From: Candidatus Omnitrophota bacterium
GTDB lineage: Bacteria > Omnitrophota > Gorgyraeia > 2-01-FULL-45-10
Assembly: GCA_028699255.1 (NCBI GenBank)
Contig: JAQVUX010000006.1
Location: 89,928 to 153,927, forward strand
Length of the DNA stretch: 64,000 bases
Direction of reading: 5' to 3'
In this document: positions 1-8,585 of the stretch, in pieces
Position numbering within the stretch: position 1 is the stretch's first letter
Layout of the letters: every line of letters begins with the position of its first letter
The notes under the pieces: model-generated
Seen by the model: only the letters and a program-made list of their open reading frames with translations
What the model was told of the DNA's origin: nothing
The model's database searches: none
Position numbers and translations under genes: made by a program

Positions 1-1
1 C

Positions 2-1372
2 GAACTTAAAGCATTAAAAGATAAATGGGCAAAAGGCTCATCACAGCTTATCATAATCTATGGGAAGCGCAGAGTTGGCAAGACCGAGCTTATAAAGCAG
101 TTTATTAAAGATAAAGAGTCTGTATATTTTCTCGCCGATAAACGAACATCATTGGAACAGCTTCGAGAGCTTGGCCAGATCATCGGCGATATGTTTAAAG
201 ACGATATGTTGAAAAGCCATGGATTTCAAAATTGGCTTGAGGTCTTTAGTTATATAAAGAAACACAAAAAAGGGAAATTCATATTCGCGATAGACGAGTA
301 CCCTTACCTTGTTGAAGCCGATAAATCTATAAGTTCGGTATTTCAGAAAGGCTGGGATGAGAGCTTGAAAGATGCCGGCATATTCCTTATCTTGTCCGGT
401 TCAAGTATCAGCATGATGGAGTCCGAAGCCCTAGCATACAAGGCTCCTTTATATGGCAGACGTACGGGGCAGTTCCTGATTAAGCCGCTTCTATTCAAAG
501 AGGCGAGGAAGTTTTTTCCCAAGAAGGATTTTGATGAGTCTTTAGGTGTTTATACTATCACCGGTGGCATCCCTGCTTATATTTTGCAGTGGGATCCGGC
601 GCTTTCCATTGATAATAATATCAAGGAGAAAGTGTTTCTAAATACGGAATTCCTGCATAATGAGGTTGAGTTCATTCTGAAAGAAGAGTTTAGAGAGCCG
701 AAGAATTATCTGTCGATCTTACGGGCTATTTCGTGGGGGAAGAGGAAATTCGGCGAGATCGTGAACGAAACAGGTCTTGAGAAAAATATACTTACCAAGT
801 ACCTTATGACGCTTGAGCGGCTTCAGATAACAGAAAAGGAAGTGCCCGTTACTGAAGAGACGCCGCATAAATCTAGAAAAGGGCTATATGCAATAACCGA
901 TAATTTCTTTAGGTTTTGGTTTCAGTATGTATTCCCCTATAAGAGTGATCTGGAGATACAAAGATATGATGAGGTTTTAAGAAAAATGCGAGAGAGCTTT
1001 AAATTGCTCGAAGCCTGGACGTATGAGGCGGTCTGCCGTCAGATGATAAATGATTTCAGAAACGAGCTATTTACATTTGAGCGTGTTGGGAAATGGTGGG
1101 AAAACGAGAAGGAGATTGATCTTGTCGCTCTCAATTCTCAAACAAAGGACATCCTGTTTGGCGAAGTTAAGTGGTCAGAGAAACAGGTCGGTACCAACAT
1201 CTATACCGAACTAAAAGAAAAAGCAACGTATGTTAATTGGAAGAAGGGATCGCGCAAGGAGCACTATATTCTTTTTAGTAAAAGCGGTTTTACGAAGGAT
1301 ATGGTCGAGCTGGCTAAGAAAGACAACGTTTATCTTATCCATAAAGATAAGCTTATCACGCTGTCCCAGTAA
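2..1372 (+). CDS. AAA+ ATPase, archaeal-type (Arch_ATPase/DUF234-like), 5' partial (continues upstream of window)
   Basis: Open frame from window start; in-frame translation upstream of listed Met gives Walker A-like 'IYGKRRVGKTEL' and Walker B-like 'FAIDEYPYL'; overall resembles PF01637-type ATPases with DUF234-like C-terminus. Confidence 0.65.
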   Translation, partial: ELKALKDKWAKGSSQLIIIYGKRRVGKTELIKQFIKDKESVYFLADKRTSLEQLRELGQIIGDMFKDDMLKSHGFQNWLEVFSYIKKHKKGKFIFAIDEYPYLVEADKSISSVFQKGWDESLKDAGIFLILSGSSISMMESEALAYKAPLYGRRTGQFLIKPLLFKEARKFFPKKDFDESLGVYTITGGIPAYILQWDPALSIDNNIKEKVFLNTEFLHNEVEFILKEEFREPKNYLSILRAISWGKRKFGEIVNETGLEKNILTKYLMTLERLQITEKEVPVTEETPHKSRKGLYAITDNFFRFWFQYVFPYKSDLEIQRYDEVLRKMRESFKLLEAWTYEAVCRQMINDFRNELFTFERVGKWWENEKEIDLVALNSQTKDILFGEVKWSEKQVGTNIYTELKEKATYVNWKKGSRKEHYILFSKSGFTKDMVELAKKDNVYLIHKDKLITLSQ

Positions 1373-1378
1373 TTCCAG

Positions 1379-1396
1379 GGACACACAACTTAATTA
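1379..1396. repeat. Left terminal inverted repeat GGACACACAACTTAATTA of RAYT mini-element
   Basis: Perfect 18-bp reverse complement of 2099..2116 seen directly in sequence. Confidence 0.85.
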
Positions 1397-1430
1397 TTGA
1401 CATCTTTATTATTTCTGTTATGATTTTTGT

Positions 1431-2105
1431 ATGGCTCGCATAGCTCGTATTGTTGTTCCCGGTATTCCGCATCATGTCACTCAAAGAGGCAACAGGCGCC
1501 AGGACGTATTCTTTTCCGATAACGATCGTACTTTTTATCTGAATCTTTTGCACGCTCACGCGAAACAATGTGGACTGAAAATATGGGCTTATTGCCTTAT
1601 GGACAATCATATTCACGTGATTGTTGTTCCCCAGCACGAAGACGCTCTTGCCGACGGATTTTCTGAAGTACATCAACGCTATACCCGCATGATAAATTTT
1701 CGAGAAAAGTGGAGAGGGTATTTATGGGAAGGTAGATTTAAATCATGCCCTTTGTCCGAGCAACACTTATATGCCGCCATTCGGTATGTGGAGAATAATC
1801 CCGTTCGCGCTAAAATAGTCAAACATGCCTGGTTATATCCTTGGTCAAGCGCGCAGGCGCATGCTTTAAAGAAACCCAACACTCTTATCGAATCATGTTT
1901 TATTACGGATGATATTAAGGATTGGAAAGCATATTTATCGGATAGCAAAGAGGACAAGGGGCTTATAAAACGGTTAGTATCGAATAGTAATACCGGCAGG
2001 CCCTTAGGAGACGAAGTATTCATTAAACATCTTGAGAAAATTACGGGCAGGACGTTGCGAAAACAGAAACCGGGGCCCAGGGAAAATGAAAAGAGTAATA
2101 ATTAA
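1431..2105 (+). CDS. REP-associated tyrosine transposase (Y1/HUH, IS200/IS605-like TnpA; COG1943-type)
   Basis: 224 aa; 'HIHVIV' HUH motif, conserved Tyr-containing C-terminal half ('YVENNPVRAKIV'), typical RAYT length; flanked by inverted repeats. Confidence 0.8.
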   Translation: MARIARIVVPGIPHHVTQRGNRRQDVFFSDNDRTFYLNLLHAHAKQCGLKIWAYCLMDNHIHVIVVPQHEDALADGFSEVHQRYTRMINFREKWRGYLWEGRFKSCPLSEQHLYAAIRYVENNPVRAKIVKHAWLYPWSSAQAHALKKPNTLIESCFITDDIKDWKAYLSDSKEDKGLIKRLVSNSNTGRPLGDEVFIKHLEKITGRTLRKQKPGPRENEKSNN

Positions 2106-2116
2106 GTTGTGTGTCC
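2099..2116. repeat. Right terminal inverted repeat TAATTAAGTTGTGTGTCC (overlaps transposase stop codon)
   Basis: Perfect reverse complement of 1379..1396. Confidence 0.85.
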
Positions 2117-2118
2117 CC

Positions 2119-2150
2119 GGAATAGGCCCGGAATAGGCCCGGAATAGGCG
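2119..2150. repeat. Tandem repeat 3 x 11 bp (GGAATAGGCCC, last unit GGAATAGGCG) immediately outside right IR
   Basis: Direct inspection. Confidence 0.8.
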
Positions 2151-2257
2151 GAGTTGAAAGAACGCGTAAGGGCTCTCGAGAAAAAATACGGCCTTTCCAA
2201 CTGATATCCTTGTCGCAGATACTCATTCTACCCCCACGCGGGACTTAATAAAAAATA

Positions 2258-2308
2258 TTGCATAATTACAGAGTAATAGTGTATAATTAGTAATGAACAT
2301 ATGTTCAT
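2258..2308 (+). promoter_or_regulatory. Putative promoter (TTGCAT-18-TATAAT) followed by perfect 16-bp palindrome ATGAACATATGTTCAT (2293..2308) upstream of DUF134 gene
   Basis: Hexamers and palindrome seen in sequence; position 15 nt upstream of start codon at 2323. Confidence 0.4.
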
Positions 2309-2322
2309 AACGAGGCGGTAAA

Positions 2323-2628
2323 ATGAGACCAAAAAAAACCAGATGGATAAAATGTGTCCCGGGCGAAAGGTGTTTTAAGCCTATATGCAAACCTTTAAAT
2401 AAGGTTAAATGCGTGTGTCTGACCCTTGACGAATTTGAAGCGGTAAGGCTCGCGGATCTTGAGGGCTTGAAGCAAGTTGACGCGGCAAAAAGACTTAAGA
2501 TATCCAGACCTACATTCTCAAGGATTGTATCCTCGGCACGTAACAAGATAGCCGATGGATTAGTAAATATTAAAGCCATAAGGATTGAAGGGGGCTGTTG
2601 TAAAGTGATAAGGAGAGATACGCGATGA
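2323..2628 (+). CDS. DUF134/UPF0251-family small DNA-binding protein (sigma-70 region-4-like HTH), Cys-rich with C-terminal GGCCKV
   Basis: 'MRPKKTRWIKCVP...FKP...LTLDEFEAVRLADLEGL...ISRPTF..IVSSARNKIADGLVNIKAIRIEG' matches DUF134 architecture from memory. Confidence 0.7.
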   Translation: MRPKKTRWIKCVPGERCFKPICKPLNKVKCVCLTLDEFEAVRLADLEGLKQVDAAKRLKISRPTFSRIVSSARNKIADGLVNIKAIRIEGGCCKVIRRDTR

Positions 2629-3932
2629 AAGATTTAAAGAAATTATACTGGCTCGTAGGCATATTCATAGTGATGTATTTTCTGCCACTGGGTAATCCCA
2701 AGGTGTCGAATGCCATTTTTGAGGCGTTTAAGCTTCTTCAATGGTATGTCATTAATCATACATTAGCTTGCGTTGTGCCTGCCATGTTCATTGCCGGAGC
2801 TATAGCGACATTTTTGTCTCAAGCCTCCGTAATGCGGTATCTTGGCCCAGATGCGAATCGTCCGCTAGCTTATACGGTAGCGTCTATCTCGGGGGTTATA
2901 CTTGCGGTATGCTCATGCAGCGTGCTTCCGATGTTCGCAGGTATCTATACCATGGGGGCCGGGCTTGGGCCCGCGAGCGCCTTCCTATATTCCGGTCCTG
3001 CTATAAATGTTATGGCTGTATTTCTTTCTGCGCGCGTTCTAGGGTTTGATATAGGATTAGCCAGGGTGATAGGCGCGATAGGCTTTGCCTTTATCATAGG
3101 TCTTTCCATGGCGTTCATATTCAGAAAGTCGGAACACGTTCGTAACAAAGCGGCTATGGCTATGCCACCCGCATCGCCTCCAACCAGATCCTTATGGAAG
3201 ACGGGACTTTATTTCTTCTGTATGATAATGTTCCTTGTCTTCAGCGACTGGTATAATACCAACGATGTTACCATTACAATGAAAAATGAAGCGGTGATGA
3301 AAGCCAGCGTTCAATACTCTACACAAGATTTTATCGAGGTAAAAGAATATAATCCTGATGGGGTTAGGGTCATAGACGCTGTACGCCTTGACCGTAAAGA
3401 TATTGCAAAAATAACTCCGGAAGATAATTTTGTAATGCGGGTACACGCTATGAAGTGGTATCTGGCAGGCGCCATGTTACTGGCCATCCTCATTATGCTC
3501 AAGAAATGGTTTACTCGTGCGGAGATAAAGGAGTGGATGACTGCGACTTGGGATTTTGGGATGATGATAATCCCGCTATTATTCGGAGGTGTCTTTGTAA
3601 CAGGCTTTATCGGTGGAATACTTCCGGAGAAAGCGGTAGCGGCTTTTGTGGGAGGCAATGGACTTTTATCTAACCTTGTCGCATCTGTCATAGGCTCGCT
3701 CTGGTATTTCGCAACGTTAACTGAGATACCGATCACTGAAATGCTGATGCGCTTAGGAATGGGCAAAGGACCTGCACTTGCGCTTCTATTGGCGGGCCCA
3801 GCATTGTCGCTCCCGAGCATTTTAGTCATTAACAAAATATTAAAGTGGCGCAAAACGCTCGTATTCTGTTTACTCGTAATTGGATTCTCAACTATAGTTG
3901 GGTACATTTTCGGGATAATGGCTCAAAAATGA
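2625..3932 (+). CDS. arsP: Permease of DUF318/ArsP family (organoarsenical efflux permease-like), with ~60-aa soluble insert
   Basis: Polytopic membrane protein; 'AVCSCSVLPMFAG' Cys-x-Cys motif characteristic of ArsP-type permeases; context next to arsM. Confidence 0.55.
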   Translation: MKDLKKLYWLVGIFIVMYFLPLGNPKVSNAIFEAFKLLQWYVINHTLACVVPAMFIAGAIATFLSQASVMRYLGPDANRPLAYTVASISGVILAVCSCSVLPMFAGIYTMGAGLGPASAFLYSGPAINVMAVFLSARVLGFDIGLARVIGAIGFAFIIGLSMAFIFRKSEHVRNKAAMAMPPASPPTRSLWKTGLYFFCMIMFLVFSDWYNTNDVTITMKNEAVMKASVQYSTQDFIEVKEYNPDGVRVIDAVRLDRKDIAKITPEDNFVMRVHAMKWYLAGAMLLAILIMLKKWFTRAEIKEWMTATWDFGMMIIPLLFGGVFVTGFIGGILPEKAVAAFVGGNGLLSNLVASVIGSLWYFATLTEIPITEMLMRLGMGKGPALALLLAGPALSLPSILVINKILKWRKTLVFCLLVIGFSTIVGYIFGIMAQK

Positions 3933-3956
3933 AACGGGAGAGGGTATAAAGAAAAT

Positions 3957-4736
3957 ATGAAGAGAAAATCGGAAGAAATAAAAAAGATCGTCAAGGATGG
4001 TTACGCGAACGCATTGGCGAAAAGCGTATCCTGCTGCTCCAGTCCTTGCTGTTGCGGAACAGATCAGGTAAAAGAGATCAGTAAGAAGATTGGTTACAGC
4101 GATTCTGAAATGAACGCTGTCCCCGAAGGCGCGAATTTGGGCTTTGGATGCGGTAATCCTGTTGCGCTCGCATCTTTAAAAGAAGGAGATGTTGTGCTTG
4201 ATCTGGGTAGCGGTGCAGGATTTGACGCATTTCTATCGGCCGGGCGAGTCGGCAAGACAGGCAGAGTCATCGGCGTAGATATGACTCCGGAGATGCTCGA
4301 AAAAGCCCGGGCAAATGCCAGGAAGGGCAATTATGCGAATGTAGAATTCAGGCTTGGTGAGATCGAAAAGTTACCGGTAGATAATGGTTCGGTCGACGTG
4401 ATCATATCAAACTGTGTTATTAACCTCTCGCCTGATAAAGAGGAAGTATTTAAAGACGCTTACAGGGTCTTGAGATCCGGCGGCAGGCTTATGGTTTCAG
4501 ATCTGGTGCTTGCCAAAGATCTGCCGAAAGAGCTTAAGGAGTCAGTTGAGGCGTACGTAGGCTGCCTTGCAGGAGCTATTAAGAAAGACGAATATTTAAA
4601 TTTTATTTCATTAGCAGGATTTCAGGATATCAAGGTGATCAGTGAATCGAGTTATCCGGTTGATGCTATGTTCGATAATCTTAAGGGTGCTCAAGACGCG
4701 ATAGTTAGCGTAAAAGTTTCTGCTGTAAAAGTATAA
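3957..4736 (+). CDS. arsM: Arsenite S-adenosylmethionine methyltransferase ArsM
   Basis: SAM-MTase motif 'VLDLGSGAGFDAF', 'VIGVDMTPEML', 'VDVIISNCVINL'; N-terminal Cys cluster 'CCSSPCCCG' typical of ArsM. Confidence 0.85.
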   Translation: MKRKSEEIKKIVKDGYANALAKSVSCCSSPCCCGTDQVKEISKKIGYSDSEMNAVPEGANLGFGCGNPVALASLKEGDVVLDLGSGAGFDAFLSAGRVGKTGRVIGVDMTPEMLEKARANARKGNYANVEFRLGEIEKLPVDNGSVDVIISNCVINLSPDKEEVFKDAYRVLRSGGRLMVSDLVLAKDLPKELKESVEAYVGCLAGAIKKDEYLNFISLAGFQDIKVISESSYPVDAMFDNLKGAQDAIVSVKVSAVKV

Positions 4737-4749
4737 ATGGAGGCGCGCA

Positions 4750-4983
4750 ATGAAGATCGAGATCTTAGGAGTCGGCTGTCCGAAATGCAAACAGTTTACC
4801 GCTAATGCTGAAGCAGCGGTGAAGGAGTTAAATATTCAGGCCGAAATAGGCAAGGTCACCGATATCGTCAAAATTACAGAATATGGGGTCATGATGACTC
4901 CGGCGTTAGCGATTGACGGTACTGTTGTATCTGTGGGTAAGGTATTAAGCAAGGACGATATTAAAAAGATTATCTCAAAATAA
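4750..4983 (+). CDS. Thioredoxin-family small protein (redox-active disulfide protein 2 type), CPKC active site
   Basis: 77 aa, 'GVGCPKCKQ' near N-terminus, TIGR00412-like. Confidence 0.7.
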   Translation: MKIEILGVGCPKCKQFTANAEAAVKELNIQAEIGKVTDIVKITEYGVMMTPALAIDGTVVSVGKVLSKDDIKKIISK

Positions 4984-4999
4984 GCACAATGAGGAAAAG

Positions 5000-5437
5000 G
5001 TGAAAAAATTATTTCTAGTTCTTCTGGCGGTTGCCGCGCTAAGTAGTAGCGGCATAATTTTTTCTTCGATAGCCGAAGCAGGAGGTAATGCCAAAGGCAC
5101 GCAACTTATTGCATATTATTTTCATGGAGACATGCGCTGTCCCACCTGCCATAAATTGGAGCAGTATTCTAAGGAAGCGATAGAGACTAATTTTAAAGAT
5201 GCGGTAGCTTCTGGAAAACTAGAGTATAAAGTCGTCAACGTAGAGGATAAGGACAACGAACACTATACTGGCGATTATAAGCTTTATACAAAATCACTTA
5301 TCCTGTCGCTGGTTAAAGACGGTAAGGAAATTAAATGGAAGAATATGGATAAGATCTGGGAGTATGTCGGCAATAAAAATAGATTTCTAGATTACGTGAA
5401 GAGCGCCGTCGCTGACTTATTAAAGGAAGCCGAATGA
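5000..5437 (+). CDS. Secreted thioredoxin-like CxxC protein (probable periplasmic partner of CcdA)
   Basis: Signal peptide, 'RCPTCHKLE' CxxC motif; translationally coupled (ATGA overlap) to downstream CcdA. Confidence 0.5.
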   Translation: MKKLFLVLLAVAALSSSGIIFSSIAEAGGNAKGTQLIAYYFHGDMRCPTCHKLEQYSKEAIETNFKDAVASGKLEYKVVNVEDKDNEHYTGDYKLYTKSLILSLVKDGKEIKWKNMDKIWEYVGNKNRFLDYVKSAVADLLKEAE

Positions 5438-6123
5438 CAGAGATATTAATAGGGTTTGCATCGGCATTATGGCTGGGGATTCTGACTTCCATCAGCCCGT
5501 GTCCTTTAGCCAGTAATGTGGCCGCTATTTCTTTTCTATCCAAAAAAATAGCTCATCCGGCGCTTGTGTTCATCTCGGGGTTGGCGTATACGCTAGGACG
5601 TATGGCTTCGTATGCGGTATTAGGATGGATTATTATTCACTCTCTTTTGAGTGTCCCGCAGGTTGCTCAATTCTTACAGAAATACATGGGCAAGGCTTTG
5701 GGGCCCATTCTGATTCTCACCGGCCTCATCCTGCTTGAAGTAATACCACTTCGCTTGCCTGGGTTGTCGTTATCGCAAAAACATCATAATAAACTTGCTG
5801 AGTCTGGCGCACCGGGTGCCTTTTTGCTTGGTTTTATTTTTGCGCTGGCGTTTTGTCCTATTTCTGCCGCGCTATACTTCGGGAGCCTTATTCCTTTAGC
5901 TATTAACAGTAAAAGCGGTATCGTATTGCCTTTTATTTACGGAATTGGCACAGGCTTACCGGTTCTTGTATTCGCTGTTGCCATAGCCTTGGGCGTGACA
6001 TCCTTGAGCCATTGGTTTAATAAGATCACGAGGCTCGAATACTATACTAGGAAGATCACCGGAATCATATTCATTCTTGTTGGCCTATACTATACGGGGA
6101 TATATATTTTCAGATTATTTTAA
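5434..6123 (+). CDS. ccdA: Cytochrome c-type biogenesis/disulfide-transfer membrane protein CcdA (DsbD transmembrane-domain family)
   Basis: 6-TM protein with 'SISPCPLA' and second Cys in 'FCPISAAL', hallmark of DsbD/CcdA. Confidence 0.8.
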   Translation: MTEILIGFASALWLGILTSISPCPLASNVAAISFLSKKIAHPALVFISGLAYTLGRMASYAVLGWIIIHSLLSVPQVAQFLQKYMGKALGPILILTGLILLEVIPLRLPGLSLSQKHHNKLAESGAPGAFLLGFIFALAFCPISAALYFGSLIPLAINSKSGIVLPFIYGIGTGLPVLVFAVAIALGVTSLSHWFNKITRLEYYTRKITGIIFILVGLYYTGIYIFRLF

Positions 6124-6139
6124 GGTGAAGGAGAATAAT

Positions 6140-7234
6140 GTGAGCGAAGGCATAGTTAAAAAGTTATCTTTCCTGGATAGATTTCTGACTCTATGGATAT
6201 TTTTAGCAATGGGTGTTGGTGTATTATCAGGATATTTCTATCCGCAGATCGTGGGGTTTTGGAATAAATTTCAGATAGGGACGACTAATATTCCGATCGC
6301 GATAGGTCTGATTCTTATGATGTATCCGCCTTTAGCAAAGGTTAAATATGAAGAGATGGAAGATGTTTTCCGTAACACAAGAGTGCTTGGGCTTTCGCTT
6401 ATCCAGAACTGGGTAATTGGCCCGATTCTTATGTTTATTCTCGCGGTTGTATTTTTGCGTGGATATCCTGAATATATGGCAGGGCTGATCATGATTGGGC
6501 TTGCGCGATGCATTGCTATGGTTATTGTGTGGAACGAGCTGGCAAAGGGTGATACCGAATACTGCGCAGGCCTGGTGGCATTTAATTCCGTTTTTCAAGT
6601 GTTATTTTATTCCGTGTATGCGTGGGTTTTTATTACGGTCTTACCAGCATGGCTTGGGCTTAAAGGAGCGGTAGTACGAATTACCATTGGGCAGATTGCC
6701 TGGAGTGTGTTTATTTATTTAGGGATACCGTTTCTTGCCGGGATCATCAGCCGTTTTGGCCTGATTAAGCTTAAGGGTAAGGAATGGTATGAGAGGAAGT
6801 TTATTCCACGCATAAGTCCAATAACCCTGATTGCGCTTCTTTTTACCATCGTGGTTATGTTTTCACTTAAAGGAGAGTACATCGTCAAGATTCCGCTTGA
6901 TGTGGTACGCATAGCGATACCGCTTGTTATCTATTTCATAGTCATGTTTCTGGTGTCTTTCTATATGGGCAGGCGAGCAGGGGCAGATTACTCAAAAACG
7001 GCTACACTTTCATTTACAGCGGCCAGCAACAATTTTGAGCTTGCCATTGCGGTAGCGGTTGCTGTTTTTGGCATTAATTCAGGTGCCGCGTTTGCCGCTG
7101 TAATAGGTCCTTTGGTAGAAGTGCCCGTGCTCATAAGCCTGGTTAACGTCTCACTTTATTTTAAACGGAGATATTTTAATCATTTGCTACGAAAGGAGCA
7201 TAGAAATGAGAATATGTATACCAACAGAAAATAA
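6140..7234 (+). CDS. acr3: Arsenite efflux transporter ACR3 (start moved to GTG at 6140 after CcdA stop; ORF track start 6077 overlaps CcdA)
   Basis: '[13 protein letters not shown]' with conserved TM4 Cys, '[15 protein letters not shown]'; RBS AAGGAG upstream of GTG. Confidence 0.85.
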   Translation: MSEGIVKKLSFLDRFLTLWIFLAMGVGVLSGYFYPQIVGFWNKFQIGTTNIPIAIGLILMMYPPLAKVKYEEMEDVFRNTRVLGLSLIQNWVIGPILMFILAVVFLRGYPEYMAGLIMIGLARCIAMVIVWNELAKGDTEYCAGLVAFNSVFQVLFYSVYAWVFITVLPAWLGLKGAVVRITIGQIAWSVFIYLGIPFLAGIISRFGLIKLKGKEWYERKFIPRISPITLIALLFTIVVMFSLKGEYIVKIPLDVVRIAIPLVIYFIVMFLVSFYMGRRAGADYSKTATLSFTAASNNFELAIAVAVAVFGINSGAAFAAVIGPLVEVPVLISLVNVSLYFKRRYFNHLLRKEHRNENMYTNRK

Positions 7235-7571
7235 GGAAGGGTTAAATGCCAAGGTTCATGGGCATTTCGGTAGTGCACCATATTTTACCATTATTGACAC
7301 AGAGAAAGATTCCATAGAAGTCATTAGTAATACCAACCAGCATCACTCGCACGGGGCATGTCAGCCAATGAACGAATTAATAGGCAAGAAGGTTGACGCT
7401 GTGGTTACCGGTGGAATGGGAGGCCGGGCAGTGCAAAAGCTTAATGAGGGCGGGATCAAGGCTTATCGGGCTATCCCGGGAACAGTTACAGATATCATCA
7501 GTCAGTTTACTAAGGGTGGGCTTGAGGAAATAACTGTGCAGAATGCCTGCGCGCAGCACGGCTGTCACTAA
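7206..7571 (+). CDS. NifB/NifX-like dinitrogenase FeMo-cofactor-binding domain protein (Nitro_FeMo-Co family)
   Basis: '[14 protein letters not shown]...' and '[17 protein letters not shown]' typical of PF02579. Confidence 0.7.
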   Translation: MRICIPTENKEGLNAKVHGHFGSAPYFTIIDTEKDSIEVISNTNQHHSHGACQPMNELIGKKVDAVVTGGMGGRAVQKLNEGGIKAYRAIPGTVTDIISQFTKGGLEEITVQNACAQHGCH

Positions 7572-7679
7572 TGTGAATGAAATAGACAGATTGATTAGGT
7601 TTTGTGCATCGGTTGCAAGATATTGTATTTTGGTCAAAGTGTGATATACTTGCGCGATAGAATAACATAGGAGGGGTGT

Positions 7680-8153
7680 ATGAATATCGGTAAGTTCAAG
7701 GTTGCAGGGTTTTTTGTTTTTACCGCATTGGTCTTATCGGCGGGCGTTATATGCGCGGAGTCAACCGTTGATAAGACTACCGTACAGGAAAGTATGGCGG
7801 CGGTCGGCGTAGAAAGCAAAAAACCGGATATTTATAAAGATCTTAATTTAACGGAAGCGCAAAAGAAAGCGCTGGACGCCAGCAGGAATAAGTATAGAGA
7901 GGAAATGAAAAAAGCGCTCGGCGAGGTAAGGGTAAAAAAAGCGGCCATGTACCAGGAGCTTTACAAGGAAAAGTTGGACACGAACAAGATAAAGCAGATA
8001 AATAATGACTTGAAAAAACTCGAGGCTCAAGTGCTCGATTACCGGCTCCAAAGTGTGCTGGACTTAAGAAAGATATTGTCCCCGGAGCAGTTCAGCAAAC
8101 TTAATGCCAGAGTGGCGAATATCATGGAGAACAGGCGGAAGAGTAAGAAGTAA
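7680..8153 (+). CDS. Periplasmic LTXXQ-motif protein (Spy/CpxP/ZraP family)
   Basis: Signal peptide; 'DLNLTEAQKKALD' LTXXQ motif; helical K/E-rich. Confidence 0.6.
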   Translation: MNIGKFKVAGFFVFTALVLSAGVICAESTVDKTTVQESMAAVGVESKKPDIYKDLNLTEAQKKALDASRNKYREEMKKALGEVRVKKAAMYQELYKEKLDTNKIKQINNDLKKLEAQVLDYRLQSVLDLRKILSPEQFSKLNARVANIMENRRKSKK

Positions 8154-8235
8154 CACGCGAAAGCACTTCGATTTGCATTTTTTAGAATCGTAGTGTATCT
8201 TTATATATGTTGTATAGCATAAGAAAGGGGGCAGT

Positions 8236-8487
8236 ATGAGGTATTTTATGGTTTTGATAGCGGTTGTGGCTCTTTTGGCGTTTGCCGTGCCGGCCAGCGC
8301 GGAGACTTGTTTTAATGAAATGAGTAAGTGCATCCAGACTTTTGGTAAAGGATGCTGTGGCACATGTGGCGCGACTAAGACAGAATGCGCCAAGACATGC
8401 CCGAAGAGCGTAGTAGCGGTAGACGCTTTGGGTAATGACGTGTCGCTCGTTACCGATAATTCAGGGAAATCACAGTTAGGAATATAA
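8236..8487 (+). CDS. Small secreted cysteine-rich protein (8 Cys in ~35 aa), hypothetical
   Basis: Signal peptide then 'ETCFNEMSKCIQTFGKGCCGTCGATKTECAKTCPKS'. Confidence 0.5.
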   Translation: MRYFMVLIAVVALLAFAVPASAETCFNEMSKCIQTFGKGCCGTCGATKTECAKTCPKSVVAVDALGNDVSLVTDNSGKSQLGI

Positions 8488-8513
8488 ACCATTCCTAATA
8501 AAGGTTAGTTATG

Positions 8514-8543
8514 ATGTAGGGCACCTTTAAAGGTGCCCTACAT
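8514..8543 (+). terminator. 30-bp perfect palindrome ATGTAGGGCACCTTT|AAAGGTGCCCTACAT downstream of Cys-rich gene (no T-tract)
   Basis: Seen directly; second small hairpin TTAGGAAT..ATTCCTAA at 8475..8497 overlaps stop codon. Confidence 0.45.
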
Positions 8544-8585
8544 TGTTATTGGATAATTTGATATAAGAGTATATAATAACAAAAT

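Larger units (their letters stand above)
1379..2116. mobile_element. 738-bp mini mobile element: single Y1 transposase gene bounded by 18-bp perfect IRs
   Basis: IR-gene-IR architecture seen in sequence; no other cargo. Confidence 0.6.

Noticed and set aside
1356-2023. Minus-strand ORFs 1356..1676 and 1679..2023
   Set aside because: Antisense to the RAYT transposase whose motifs are clear on the + strand
6077-6139. ORF-track start of ACR3 at 6077 (overlapping CcdA by 47 nt)
   Set aside because: GTG at 6140 with AAGGAG RBS directly after the CcdA stop gives a conventional start; the first 21 aa of the longer ORF are out-of-family
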